This document shows, piece by piece, positions 56,385 to 64,000 of a stretch of 64,000 nucleotides of DNA. Source of the stretch: Oscillospiraceae bacterium (GTDB taxonomy: Bacteria; Bacillota; Clostridia; Oscillospirales; CAG-272); contig SVRS01000001.1 of assembly GCA_015064695.1 (NCBI GenBank), positions 149,811 through 213,810 on the forward strand. Direction: 5' to 3'. The notes beneath the pieces were generated by a model, which was not told the origin of the DNA, made no database searches, and saw nothing but the letters and a program-made list of their open reading frames with translations. A program made the translations under genes and the position numbers. Each line of letters opens with the position of its first letter. Positions within the stretch are counted from its first letter, which is position 1.

Positions 56385-57401
56385 ATGAGTATGACGACTT
56401 TCGTTTTCGGCATGTTGATTGCCATTGCCGGTATCGTCACCGGTGTTATTTTTGCGCTCCAGCGAACCAACCTGCGCAAGCTGATGCTGCTCCCCATGTT
56501 GGGCGGCATTGTTTTGGGCGTGATCCTTACGGTTGTCGGATGTGTGGCGGAGGTTCCTACCGGACATACCGGCGTCCTGACCACCTTCGGACGAGTAGAG
56601 AACGTGACCTTCGATGCAGGTCTGAACATGAAAGCCCCCTGGCAAAAGGTTGTGAATATGGACAACCGCGTACAGAAGGCCAGCACCTCGCTGTCCTGCT
56701 TCTCCTCGGATATTCAGGAGGTGTCCATCGCGTACACGCTGAACTATCAGATCGACAAGGAGAATGCGCAGGAGATCTACCGCACGGTGGGTATTTCCTA
56801 CTACGATACCGTGATCGTGCCCAATATTGCCGAGGCCGTCAAGGTTGTGACTGCCAAGTACACCGCCGAGGACCTGGTGTCCTCCCGTGCGGATCTGGCC
56901 GCGGCCATTGAGGCGGTGCTGACCAAGAGCCTCGCCAGGTACAACATTCAAGTCGTGTCTGCCGCTATTGAGGACATGGACTTTACCGATGCTTTTACCG
57001 CTGCCGTTGAGGCCAAGCAGGTCGCGGCGCAGAACAAGCTACAGGCCGAGATCGAGCAGGCACAGAAGGTCATGGAGCAGGAGGCCGCCGCGCAGATGGC
57101 TGTGATCCAGGCAAACGCCGCCGCTGAAACTGCCAAGATCCAGGCTCAGGCCAAGGCAGAAACCGCCAAGATTCAGGCCGAGGCCGAGCTGGAGGTCGTG
57201 AAGATTGAGGCGGACGGTGTGGAGTACGCCGGTCAGAAGGAGGCGGCCGCCAACAAGGCGATTGCCGAGAGCATTACGGATGAGCTGCTTCAGTACCAGT
57301 ATATTGAGCAGTGGAACGGCCAGCTTCCCGATACATACGTGGGATCTGAGGACGTCAGCACGATCATCACGGGCTCGACGGGCGCTCAGCAAGGGAAATA
57401 A
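56385..57401 (+). CDS. SPFH/prohibitin-family membrane protein
   Basis: Two TMs, VPTGHTGV..TFG, GLNMKAPW, AVEAKQVA, IEQWNGQLP. Confidence 0.92.
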   Translation: MSMTTFVFGMLIAIAGIVTGVIFALQRTNLRKLMLLPMLGGIVLGVILTVVGCVAEVPTGHTGVLTTFGRVENVTFDAGLNMKAPWQKVVNMDNRVQKASTSLSCFSSDIQEVSIAYTLNYQIDKENAQEIYRTVGISYYDTVIVPNIAEAVKVVTAKYTAEDLVSSRADLAAAIEAVLTKSLARYNIQVVSAAIEDMDFTDAFTAAVEAKQVAAQNKLQAEIEQAQKVMEQEAAAQMAVIQANAAAETAKIQAQAKAETAKIQAEAELEVVKIEADGVEYAGQKEAAANKAIAESITDELLQYQYIEQWNGQLPDTYVGSEDVSTIITGSTGAQQGK

Positions 57402-57492
57402 TGGAATGAAGGCAGGGAAGGGATCGGCCGCGCGGCCGGTCCCTTTGTCAAAAGAAGCTGAAAAAAATTATAAAAAATTTTTGCAAAACCCC

Positions 57493-57547
57493 TTGACAAA
57501 TCCGCGGGTATGGTGTATAATTAAATCACACCAAAACGGTGTTGATT
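57493..57547 (+). promoter_or_regulatory. sigmaA promoter with downstream palindrome (putative Rrf2 operator)
   Basis: TTGACA-N17-TATAAT followed by AATCACACC-AAAAC-GGTGTTGATT. Confidence 0.75.
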
Positions 57548-57562
57548 AAGGAGGCGACCGAC

Positions 57563-58015
57563 ATGAAGATCACACAGGAAGCGGATTACGCCCTGCGTAT
57601 GATGTGTCTTCTGGCCAAGCAGTCCGCCGCGGGAGTTCCCACCGTGGGCGCGGCTATCCTGGCTGAGGGCGTGGCCGTCCCCACACGGTTCGGGCTCAAA
57701 ATTCTCCACAAGCTTTCCCAGACCGGTCTGGTCAAGACCAGCCGAGGGGCGGCGGGGGGATACAGCCTGAACACCGACCCTGCGACCCTGACGGTACGGC
57801 AGGTCATCGAGGCCATTGACGGGCCCATCGAGATCAATCGGTGCTTGGCCGAGACGCACATCTGCCTCAACAACCCCAACAAGGACTGCTGTCGTTTGCA
57901 CCACGTATTCGAAGAGCTCAACCGAATGCTCACCGAGCGGCTGGACCGCCTGACAGTGTCTATGGTGGTGGACGACGGGATCGGGTTAGGAGACCTGATA
58001 CGCGTGATCAGTTAA
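57563..58015 (+). CDS. Rrf2-family regulator with Fe-S-type cysteines
   Basis: ITQEADYALR, SRGAAGGYSL, IEAIDG, C-x5-C-x6-CC. Confidence 0.92.
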   Translation: MKITQEADYALRMMCLLAKQSAAGVPTVGAAILAEGVAVPTRFGLKILHKLSQTGLVKTSRGAAGGYSLNTDPATLTVRQVIEAIDGPIEINRCLAETHICLNNPNKDCCRLHHVFEELNRMLTERLDRLTVSMVVDDGIGLGDLIRVIS

Positions 58016-58089
58016 AGCCCGCCAAGGACGGAAAACGTCATACGAAAACAAATTAAAATTTAAATTTCAATTTCAGGAGGAATTTACAC

Positions 58090-58641
58090 ATGAAAAAGTT
58101 TAGATGCAAGGTTTGCGGTGAGATCATCGAGAGCGAGGGCGTTCCCGCTCAGTGCCCCAGATGCAAGGTCAAGGGCGATGACAAGTTTGAAGAGGTAACC
58201 GAGAACAAGATGACCTGGGCTGCCGAGCATATTGTCGGCGTTGCCAAGGACGCTCCCGAGCATATCAAGGAAGGTCTGCGTGCCAACTTCGAAGGCGAGT
58301 GCTCTGAGGTCGGTATGTACCTGGCTATGTCTCGCGTAGCTGCTCGTGAGGGTTACCCTGAGATCGCTCTGTACTGGGAAAAGGCCGCCTTTGAGGAGGC
58401 TGAGCATGCCGCAAAGTTTGCTGAGCTGCTGGGCGAGTGCCTGACCGACTCTACCGAGAAGAACCTGGAGATGCGCGTTGCCGCTGAGAACGGCGCAACC
58501 GCCGGCAAGTTCGAGCTGGCTAAGGCCGCCAAGGAGCTGAACCTGGATGCCATCCACGACACCGTCCACGAGATGGCTCGCGACGAGGCTCGCCACGGCA
58601 AGGCGTTCGCAGGTCTGCTGGCAAGATACTTCGGTAAGTAA
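58090..58641 (+). CDS. rbr: Reverse rubrerythrin (NADH peroxidase)
   Basis: N-terminal CKVC...CPRC, then [21 protein letters not shown] diiron motifs. Confidence 0.92.
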   Translation: MKKFRCKVCGEIIESEGVPAQCPRCKVKGDDKFEEVTENKMTWAAEHIVGVAKDAPEHIKEGLRANFEGECSEVGMYLAMSRVAAREGYPEIALYWEKAAFEEAEHAAKFAELLGECLTDSTEKNLEMRVAAENGATAGKFELAKAAKELNLDAIHDTVHEMARDEARHGKAFAGLLARYFGK

Positions 58642-58652
58642 GATTGGAGAGC

Positions 58653-58721
58653 GTCAAGGGCTCTGCCCTTGACCCGCTTGAACCCTTTTTGAGAAAAGGG
58701 TTCAAGACTCCCAAAATCTTT
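58653..58721. repeat. REP-like double-hairpin element
   Basis: GTCAAGGGC/GCCCTTGAC and CTTGAACCCTTTT/AAAAGGGTTCAAG stems ending CCCAAAATCTTT; related inverted copy at 59831-59900. Confidence 0.6.
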
Positions 58722-58728
58722 CAATACA

Positions 58729-58812
58729 TTCGTAGGGCGGCGGGTGCAAATCCCTGCCCTGCGAACGGAGGAGCCAAGCGGCTACGGTGTGGTGCGATTC
58801 CACCCTTCTCCA
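58729..58812 (+). ncRNA. Candidate structured RNA with two T-loop hairpins (tRNA-like)
   Basis: About 14-bp stem capped by GG-TGCAAAT-CC, then a 7-bp GGAGGAG/CTTCTCC stem stacked on GTGG-TGCGATT-CCAC. Confidence 0.4.
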
Positions 58813-58881
58813 CAAAACAAGAAATAAAAACGCCGAAACCCGGCAATACTGAATTTTACAAACACGAAAGGAATCAACATT

Positions 58882-59037
58882 ATGAAATACGTTTGTCCCT
58901 GCGGCTATGAGTACGACCCCGCCCTCGGTGATCCCGACAACGGCATCGAGCCCGGCACTGCCTGGGAGGACCTGCCCGAGGATTTCGTCTGCCCCGTTTG
59001 CGGGTTGGACAAGGATGCTTTTGAGAAGGAAGAGTAA
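58882..59037 (+). CDS. Rubredoxin
   Basis: Not in the ORF track. [51 protein letters not shown]; AAAGGA RBS. Confidence 0.95.
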   Translation: MKYVCPCGYEYDPALGDPDNGIEPGTAWEDLPEDFVCPVCGLDKDAFEKEE

Positions 59038-59068
59038 TTTTCTCGGAGCGGAAATTGAATAAAAAATG

Positions 59069-59097
59069 AGGGAGCCCTTTTGAGAAGGGCTCCCTTT
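59069..59097. terminator. Terminator hairpin after rubredoxin
   Basis: AGGGAGCCCTT/AAGGGCTCCCT stem between convergent genes. Confidence 0.7.
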
Positions 59098-59193
59098 GTC
59101 GGTGGTTAGAATTGGAACGGGTAGATCGGAGAAGGGGGAGATGGCCGGCACACACATGGGCGTGCCCCTGCCAATTCAGTTAAACGTAAACGG

Positions 59194-59433
59194 TTATCGC
59201 AGAACCTTTTTCTTTTTCTTGGCGTCGGCGATGGCCCAAGGGTCGTCATATATGTATGCGGGGCAAGCCCGGTGGGGGGAGAAGCATACGGGACGGTCGG
59301 GGGTATCTTCTCCCGGACAGCAGTAGTCCACACAGGTGTGACAGCGGGACATGGGCTCGTATCCGCAGTGAACGCAGAAACGGGCTTGGGTGGAAACGAC
59401 TTTTCCACATTCGGTACATCTTTTTAGAGCCAT
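59194..59433 (-). CDS. Small Cys-rich zinc-ribbon protein
   Basis: MALKRCTECG..VS..A.FCVHCG plus further Cys residues; GAGG RBS. Confidence 0.72.
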   Translation of the reverse strand: MALKRCTECGKVVSTQARFCVHCGYEPMSRCHTCVDYCCPGEDTPDRPVCFSPHRACPAYIYDDPWAIADAKKKKKVLR

Positions 59434-59458
59434 GATTTAATACCTCGTTTTTTTATAT

Positions 59459-59571
59459 TAACTGAAAAGAGTTATAATATAATTATAACACAAACGAATC
59501 GGGCTTTCAACTCATTTGAATTAACTCTTTGAGAACGTTCTGTGTACAATAGAGTTAACTTTAAAGAGTTA
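59459..59571. promoter_or_regulatory. Array of palindromic operators, consensus TAACTC-N4-GAGTTA
   Basis: Sites at 59459, 59508, 59522 and 59556, plus a half site near 59552, in an AT-rich divergent intergenic region. Confidence 0.65.
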
Positions 59572-59581
59572 GGGGATTGAC

Positions 59582-59824
59582 ATGAGAATTGGTGAAGCCG
59601 TTCGCTTGCGCATACTTGAATTGTGCAGAGAAAAATTAATTACCGTAAACGGCTTGTCCTACATTTGCGGTATCACGCAATCTACCTTGAGCAACATCAT
59701 GACAGGTCGTAATCAAAGCACCACCATTTCCACCATCAAAAAAATCTGCGACGGTCTGGAGATCACCATTCAGGATTTTTTCAATTCTCCTATTTTTGAT
59801 GACCTGGAGCAAGAAATCAAATAA
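59582..59824 (+). CDS. XRE/Cro-family HTH regulator
   Basis: ITVNGLSYICGITQSTLSNI...TIKKICDGLEITIQDFF. Confidence 0.9.
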   Translation: MRIGEAVRLRILELCREKLITVNGLSYICGITQSTLSNIMTGRNQSTTISTIKKICDGLEITIQDFFNSPIFDDLEQEIK

Positions 59825-59830
59825 TTTCCC

Positions 59831-59900
59831 CAAAGGTTTTTGGGGGATTCCAAAGGGGGCTCTCCGAGTATGCGCTTGGGTTCAAAAAGCCCCCTTTGGC
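59831..59900. repeat. REP-like element (inverted relative of 58653-58721)
   Basis: AAAGGTTTTTGGGGGATT followed by a CCAAAGGGGGCT/AGCCCCCTTTGG stem. Confidence 0.5.
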
Positions 59901-59926
59901 GTTTTTTATTCCTCCTCTCTCCCGCT

Positions 59927-60400
59927 CTACATCTCCTCCAAAAGGGCCTCCAGCTGTCGATAATGCCCCTGCTCCTCGGAAATTATGGCCCGTAGCTCAG
60001 AGAGAATGGCGGCGTCGCTTGCGGCGGCGGCTAAGGATTCCAGCTCAGTGATGGCGGCGGCCTCGGATTGCAGATCTGCGCGGAGCATCCGTCGCACCAC
60101 GGGCAGGGCGCGGCAGGAGGCGTCCCCCGACAGATCTACCCGGGGGGTACGGAGGCGGACGGCAACTCCCGGGTCACCCCCAAGGGCGCGGATGAGGCGG
60201 CCCAGGGTGTGGAAATGGGCCATATCCTCCTGCGCAAGGCTTGAGAACAGCTCGGAGGCTTCACTGTCCAGCCCCTCGGTGAGCAGATGCTGATAGGTGT
60301 ACGTAACCACCTGGTTGATCTCGTCATTGTAGGCGCGCATCATGCGGGCGGCCAGACGGGGATCGGGACGGATCATGGGGGTGGGGAAGGTTTGGTTCAT
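59927..60400 (-). CDS. Ferritin-like (Mn-catalase/CotJC-like) sporulation protein
   Basis: EINQVVTYTYQH, EDMAHF..LG..I..LGGDP, EEQGH; upstream AC-N16-CATATACT sigmaK-like promoter (60433-60458). Confidence 0.7.
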   Translation of the reverse strand: MNQTFPTPMIRPDPRLAARMMRAYNDEINQVVTYTYQHLLTEGLDSEASELFSSLAQEDMAHFHTLGRLIRALGGDPGVAVRLRTPRVDLSGDASCRALPVVRRMLRADLQSEAAAITELESLAAAASDAAILSELRAIISEEQGHYRQLEALLEEM

Positions 60401-60594
60401 GCAGGGTAACCTCCTATATATGGACTACCACCAGTATATGTGCCGTTGCTTCGCGTGTTGAGGAATTTTGACGGAATTTTGGAATTTTTATGATGGATGT
60501 CTTGACATTTCGCCGATTTTCGGGTAAAATAAAAGTGTTTATTCCGGTATGCGAATTCAACCGCCTGTATTCCATCGCAAAAGGAGATGTTTCT

Positions 60595-61560
60595 ATGTCT
60601 GATCTGCTTCAAGCGACTCGTATGGAGTCCCCGGAGACTATTCCCGTCAGTATCAGCTTCCTCCCCTCTGCCTGGCTTAAATACGGCAAGGAGCTTCAAC
60701 GCCTCATCGATCAGTACCCTCAGTTTTTCGGCGGCCGTCAGGTCGATCTGGAGCATGTCAAGGACAATATGGTGTCCACGTACCATAAGGGTACCCATAT
60801 CGACGAGTGGGGCTGTGTGTGGGAAAACGAGATCGACGGCGCCGAGGCCATCGTCAAGGGGCATCCTCTCAGGACCGAGGAGGACGTGTTTGACCTGAAG
60901 ATCCCCGACTGTCGGAGCGGCCGGTTGCCCCACGGCTTTATGTATCTCCGTCTGCTGGATCTGTGTGGCTTTGAGAATGCCATGATCTACTTTGCCGAGG
61001 AGGGCGAGGTCATCCGGACTCTGATCGACAAGGTGCTGGAGTACAATCTGTACCAGATCGCCGCTGTCCTGCCCCGTATGGGGGAGATGATCTTCTTCGG
61101 GGACGACCTGGGTATGCAGAAGGGGCTGGCCATCGGCGCCGAGCGATGGAGAAAGTACCTCGCCCCTTGCTACCGTAAGATGTACGGTCTCATCAAGGCC
61201 TACCGTCCGAGTCAACTCATCTACATGCACACCGACGGCTGTATCCATGAGATTATGCCCGATCTGGTGGCCTGCGGTGTGGACATGATCAATCCGCAGT
61301 TCCGTGCCAACGGCCTTGACAACCTGGTGCGGGTCTGCCGCCGTGAGCAGATCATCCCCATTAACCTGGATCTGGACCGCCAGCTTTTCCCCTTCGCTAC
61401 CCGCTCGGAGCTTTTCGACCATGTGGGTGAGTGCGTGGAGTCCCTGTACCTGCCCGAGGGCGGTCTGGGCCTGAACGTGGAGCTGGATCACGGCGTGCCG
61501 CTGGAGAATATGGCGGCGGTGTTGGATGCGGTGGAGCAGTATCGGCATTATAAAGGATGA
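60595..61560 (+). CDS. Uroporphyrinogen decarboxylase / MtaA-CmuA superfamily protein
   Basis: DEWGCVW, LCGFEN, FGDDLGMQ, MHTDG, HGVPLEN. Confidence 0.82.
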   Translation: MSDLLQATRMESPETIPVSISFLPSAWLKYGKELQRLIDQYPQFFGGRQVDLEHVKDNMVSTYHKGTHIDEWGCVWENEIDGAEAIVKGHPLRTEEDVFDLKIPDCRSGRLPHGFMYLRLLDLCGFENAMIYFAEEGEVIRTLIDKVLEYNLYQIAAVLPRMGEMIFFGDDLGMQKGLAIGAERWRKYLAPCYRKMYGLIKAYRPSQLIYMHTDGCIHEIMPDLVACGVDMINPQFRANGLDNLVRVCRREQIIPINLDLDRQLFPFATRSELFDHVGECVESLYLPEGGLGLNVELDHGVPLENMAAVLDAVEQYRHYKG

Positions 61561-61671
61561 TATCTCGCTTGCGGTAGGGCGCATTTGGCTGAGTGCTACT
61601 CAGCGGTGTCTGCCCGCTAAACGAAAAAATGACCCCTATTATATGAGTCTTGAAAACAAAGGAGGCATACT

Positions 61672-63096
61672 ATGATCAAATTCGGTACAGGTGGATGGCG
61701 TGCCGTCATTGGTGCGGATTTTATTGAAAAGAATATCTGCCTGGTGGCAGAGGGCATCTGCGCTTTAATGAAGGAAGAGGGGAAGGCCGACAAGCCTCTC
61801 ATTGTGGGCTACGATCATCGGTTTTTGTCGGATGTGGCCGCCAAATGGATGGCTGAGGTGTTCGCCGCCAACGGCGTGACGGTTTGGTTCATGAACCGCT
61901 CCGCCCCTACCCCCTTGGTCATGCACACCGTCAAGAGGCAGAACCTGTACTACGGCGTGGAGATCACCGCCAGCCACAATCCCTCGGACTACAACGGTAT
62001 CAAGCTTATCGTAGAGGAGGGGCGAGATGCTCCTCTGGAGATCACCGCCCGGCTGGAGGAACTGATTGCTGAGATTGAGGCTCAGAATATCCCATCCCCC
62101 CGCGTCCCCTTCGCTGAGGCCTGCGAGCAGGGGCTGGTGATCTACCGCAAGAATCCCTTCAACGATTTTATCGACGACATTCTGGACGTGCTGGACGTGC
62201 AGACCATCCGCGACCACGGCGCGCGGGTGCTATTCGATCCTATGTACGGATCGGGTACTTACCCTCTCATGGTTATCCTTTGCACCGCGCGATGCACCGT
62301 GGATATGATCCACAACACCCGTGACGCTCACTTTGGCGGCCACCATCCCGCCCCTTCTGTGGCCGGCCTGGAGGAGCTGCGCACCCGTGTGGTGGCAGGG
62401 AAGTATGAGCTGGGCATCGCATTCGACGGCGACGGCGATCGCCTGGGTATCATCGATGGCAACGGCCGCTACCTGTCTGCCAACGAGATTTTGGTCATGC
62501 TCTACTGGTATCTCCACGAGATCAAGGGCTGGAAGGGACCCGTGGTCCGCAACCTGGCCACCACCCATATGCTGGACGTCATGGCTGCCGATTTCGGCGA
62601 GGTTTGCTACGAGGTTCCCGTGGGATTCAAGTACATATCCTCCAAGATCGACGAGGTGGATGCCGTTCTGGGCGGCGAGTCCTCGGGCGGTCTGACGGTG
62701 CGCGGTCACATCCACGGCAAGGATTCCATATACGCCGCCTCCCTGTTCGTGGAGATGATCTCGGCTGTGGGTAAATCCCCCTCGGTTATCATGGACGAGC
62801 TGGAGTGTAAGTATGGTCACTTCGAGTTGGTGGAGGATAACATCACCTTTACCTTGGAGCAGAAGGAGATCGTCAACCGTATTATTTTTGAAGAAATGAA
62901 GCTGCCCTTCTTCGGCAAGCCTATTGATCTGGTGAGCTATGAGGACGGCTGTAAGGTTTACTTTGCCGATAACAGCTACGTCATCTGTCGTTTCTCGGGC
63001 ACCGAGCCTCTGCTCCGTATTTTTGCCGAGGCGGGGGATGCGGCTACGGCCAAGGGGTATATTCAGGCGTTCCGGGATCTTCTGGCACTGGCGTAA
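61672..63096 (+). CDS. Phosphoglucomutase/phosphomannomutase
   Basis: FGTGGWR, ITASHNP, FDGDGDR, GGESSGG, RFSGTEP. Confidence 0.94.
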   Translation: MIKFGTGGWRAVIGADFIEKNICLVAEGICALMKEEGKADKPLIVGYDHRFLSDVAAKWMAEVFAANGVTVWFMNRSAPTPLVMHTVKRQNLYYGVEITASHNPSDYNGIKLIVEEGRDAPLEITARLEELIAEIEAQNIPSPRVPFAEACEQGLVIYRKNPFNDFIDDILDVLDVQTIRDHGARVLFDPMYGSGTYPLMVILCTARCTVDMIHNTRDAHFGGHHPAPSVAGLEELRTRVVAGKYELGIAFDGDGDRLGIIDGNGRYLSANEILVMLYWYLHEIKGWKGPVVRNLATTHMLDVMAADFGEVCYEVPVGFKYISSKIDEVDAVLGGESSGGLTVRGHIHGKDSIYAASLFVEMISAVGKSPSVIMDELECKYGHFELVEDNITFTLEQKEIVNRIIFEEMKLPFFGKPIDLVSYEDGCKVYFADNSYVICRFSGTEPLLRIFAEAGDAATAKGYIQAFRDLLALA

Positions 63097-63159
63097 GCCA
63101 CAGGATGTTTGTGCCAATTTCGTGTGTTAAAAAATGAAATACAGAAAGGAATCATCACT

Positions 63160-64000
63160 ATGAACAAGTTCATGCTTAACGAGACCTCCTACCACGGTGC
63201 AGGTGCCATCGCCGCCATCACTGACGAGATCAAGGCAAGAGGCTTCAAGAAGGCCTTCGTCGCCACCGACCCCGATCTCATCAAGTTCGGCGTGGCCGCC
63301 AAGGTCACCGACCTGCTGGACGCCGCCGCCATCCCCTACGAGATTTTCTCGGACATCAAGCCCAATCCCACCATTGAGAACGTCCAGAACGGCGTGAAGG
63401 CCTTTAAGGCCGCCGAGGCGGATTGTATCGTAGCCATCGGCGGTGGTTCCTCTATGGATACCGCCAAGGCCATCGGCATCATCATCACCAACCCCGAGTT
63501 CGCTGACGTTCGTTCTCTGGAGGGTGTTGCCCCTACCAAGAATCCCTGCGTGCCCATCATCGCCGTTCCTACCACCGCCGGTACTGCCGCTGAGGTCACC
63601 ATCAACTACGTCATCACCGACGTGGAGAAGAAGCGGAAGTTCGTCTGCGTGGATGCCCACGACATTCCCGTGGTGGCCGTGGTAGATCCCGATATGATGG
63701 CCACCATGCCCGCAGGCCTGACCGCTGCCACGGGTATGGATGCCCTGACCCACGCCATTGAGGGCTACATCACCAAGGGCGCCTGGGCGCTGTCGGATAT
63801 GTTCCACATTGAGGCCATCCGCATCATCGCCGCCTCCCTGCGGGGCGCGGTGAACAACACCGCCGAGGGCCGTGAGGGCATGGCTCTGGGCCAGTACGTG
63901 GCCGGTATGGGCTTCTCCAACGTGGGCCTTGGCGTGGATCACTCCATGGCACACACCCTGTCCGCTTACTACGATATGCCCCACGGTAAGGCCTGTGCTA
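63160..64000 (+). CDS. fucO: Lactaldehyde reductase (iron-containing alcohol dehydrogenase), truncated by the window end
   Basis: Not in the ORF track. MNKFMLNETSYHGAGAI..., KPNPTIENV, GGGSSMD, PTTAGTAAEVTINYVITD, DALTHAIEGY. Confidence 0.9.
   Translation, partial: MNKFMLNETSYHGAGAIAAITDEIKARGFKKAFVATDPDLIKFGVAAKVTDLLDAAAIPYEIFSDIKPNPTIENVQNGVKAFKAAEADCIVAIGGGSSMDTAKAIGIIITNPEFADVRSLEGVAPTKNPCVPIIAVPTTAGTAAEVTINYVITDVEKKRKFVCVDAHDIPVVAVVDPDMMATMPAGLTAATGMDALTHAIEGYITKGAWALSDMFHIEAIRIIAASLRGAVNNTAEGREGMALGQYVAGMGFSNVGLGVDHSMAHTLSAYYDMPHGKACA

Noticed and set aside
58729-58812. Canonical tRNA, FMN riboswitch or cobalamin riboswitch
   Set aside because: No D or anticodon arms and none of the other conserved riboswitch blocks; kept only as a candidate novel structure.
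1-64000. CRISPR array, rRNA, prophage or autonomous IS
   Set aside because: No regularly spaced repeats, rRNA signatures, phage structural genes, integrase or transposase recognised.

Overview
GC-rich chromosomal window from a spore-forming Clostridia-class bacterium, probably Oscillospirales/Eubacteriales-like (spoIVB, sigmaF/G- and sigmaK-type promoters, many canonical sigmaA promoters); the taxonomy is inferred from gene content only. 1-13 kb is a minus-strand carbohydrate-foraging block: three tandem orphan solute-binding lipoproteins plus a multiply deleted fourth copy, a DUF4091 hydrolase, two paralogous uncharacterised lipoproteins and a DUF4838 lipoprotein. Housekeeping genes follow (typA, nagA, rodA, proS). 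22.4-31.2 kb holds the most notable accessory locus: two tandem cassettes, each an ECF sigma factor translationally coupled to a single-pass anti-sigma-like protein with a large extracellular BspA-type LRR domain, followed by lipoproteins (two with LRRs), with a shared upstream motif that may be an autoregulatory promoter. The rest includes a GH3, maf/divergent mreB/pbp2, ruvX, aroK-pdxK opposite a MocR regulator, GH98-like and GH39-like lipoproteins, an Rrf2-rubrerythrin-rubredoxin stress operon with a double T-loop RNA-like structure, a multi-operator HTH switch, and UroD-like/PGM/fucO. Non-autonomous MITEs and REP-like palindromes are present. No rRNA, full tRNA, CRISPR array, transposase, integrase or reverse transcriptase was seen. 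All family calls come from motif recognition by eye, without database searches.
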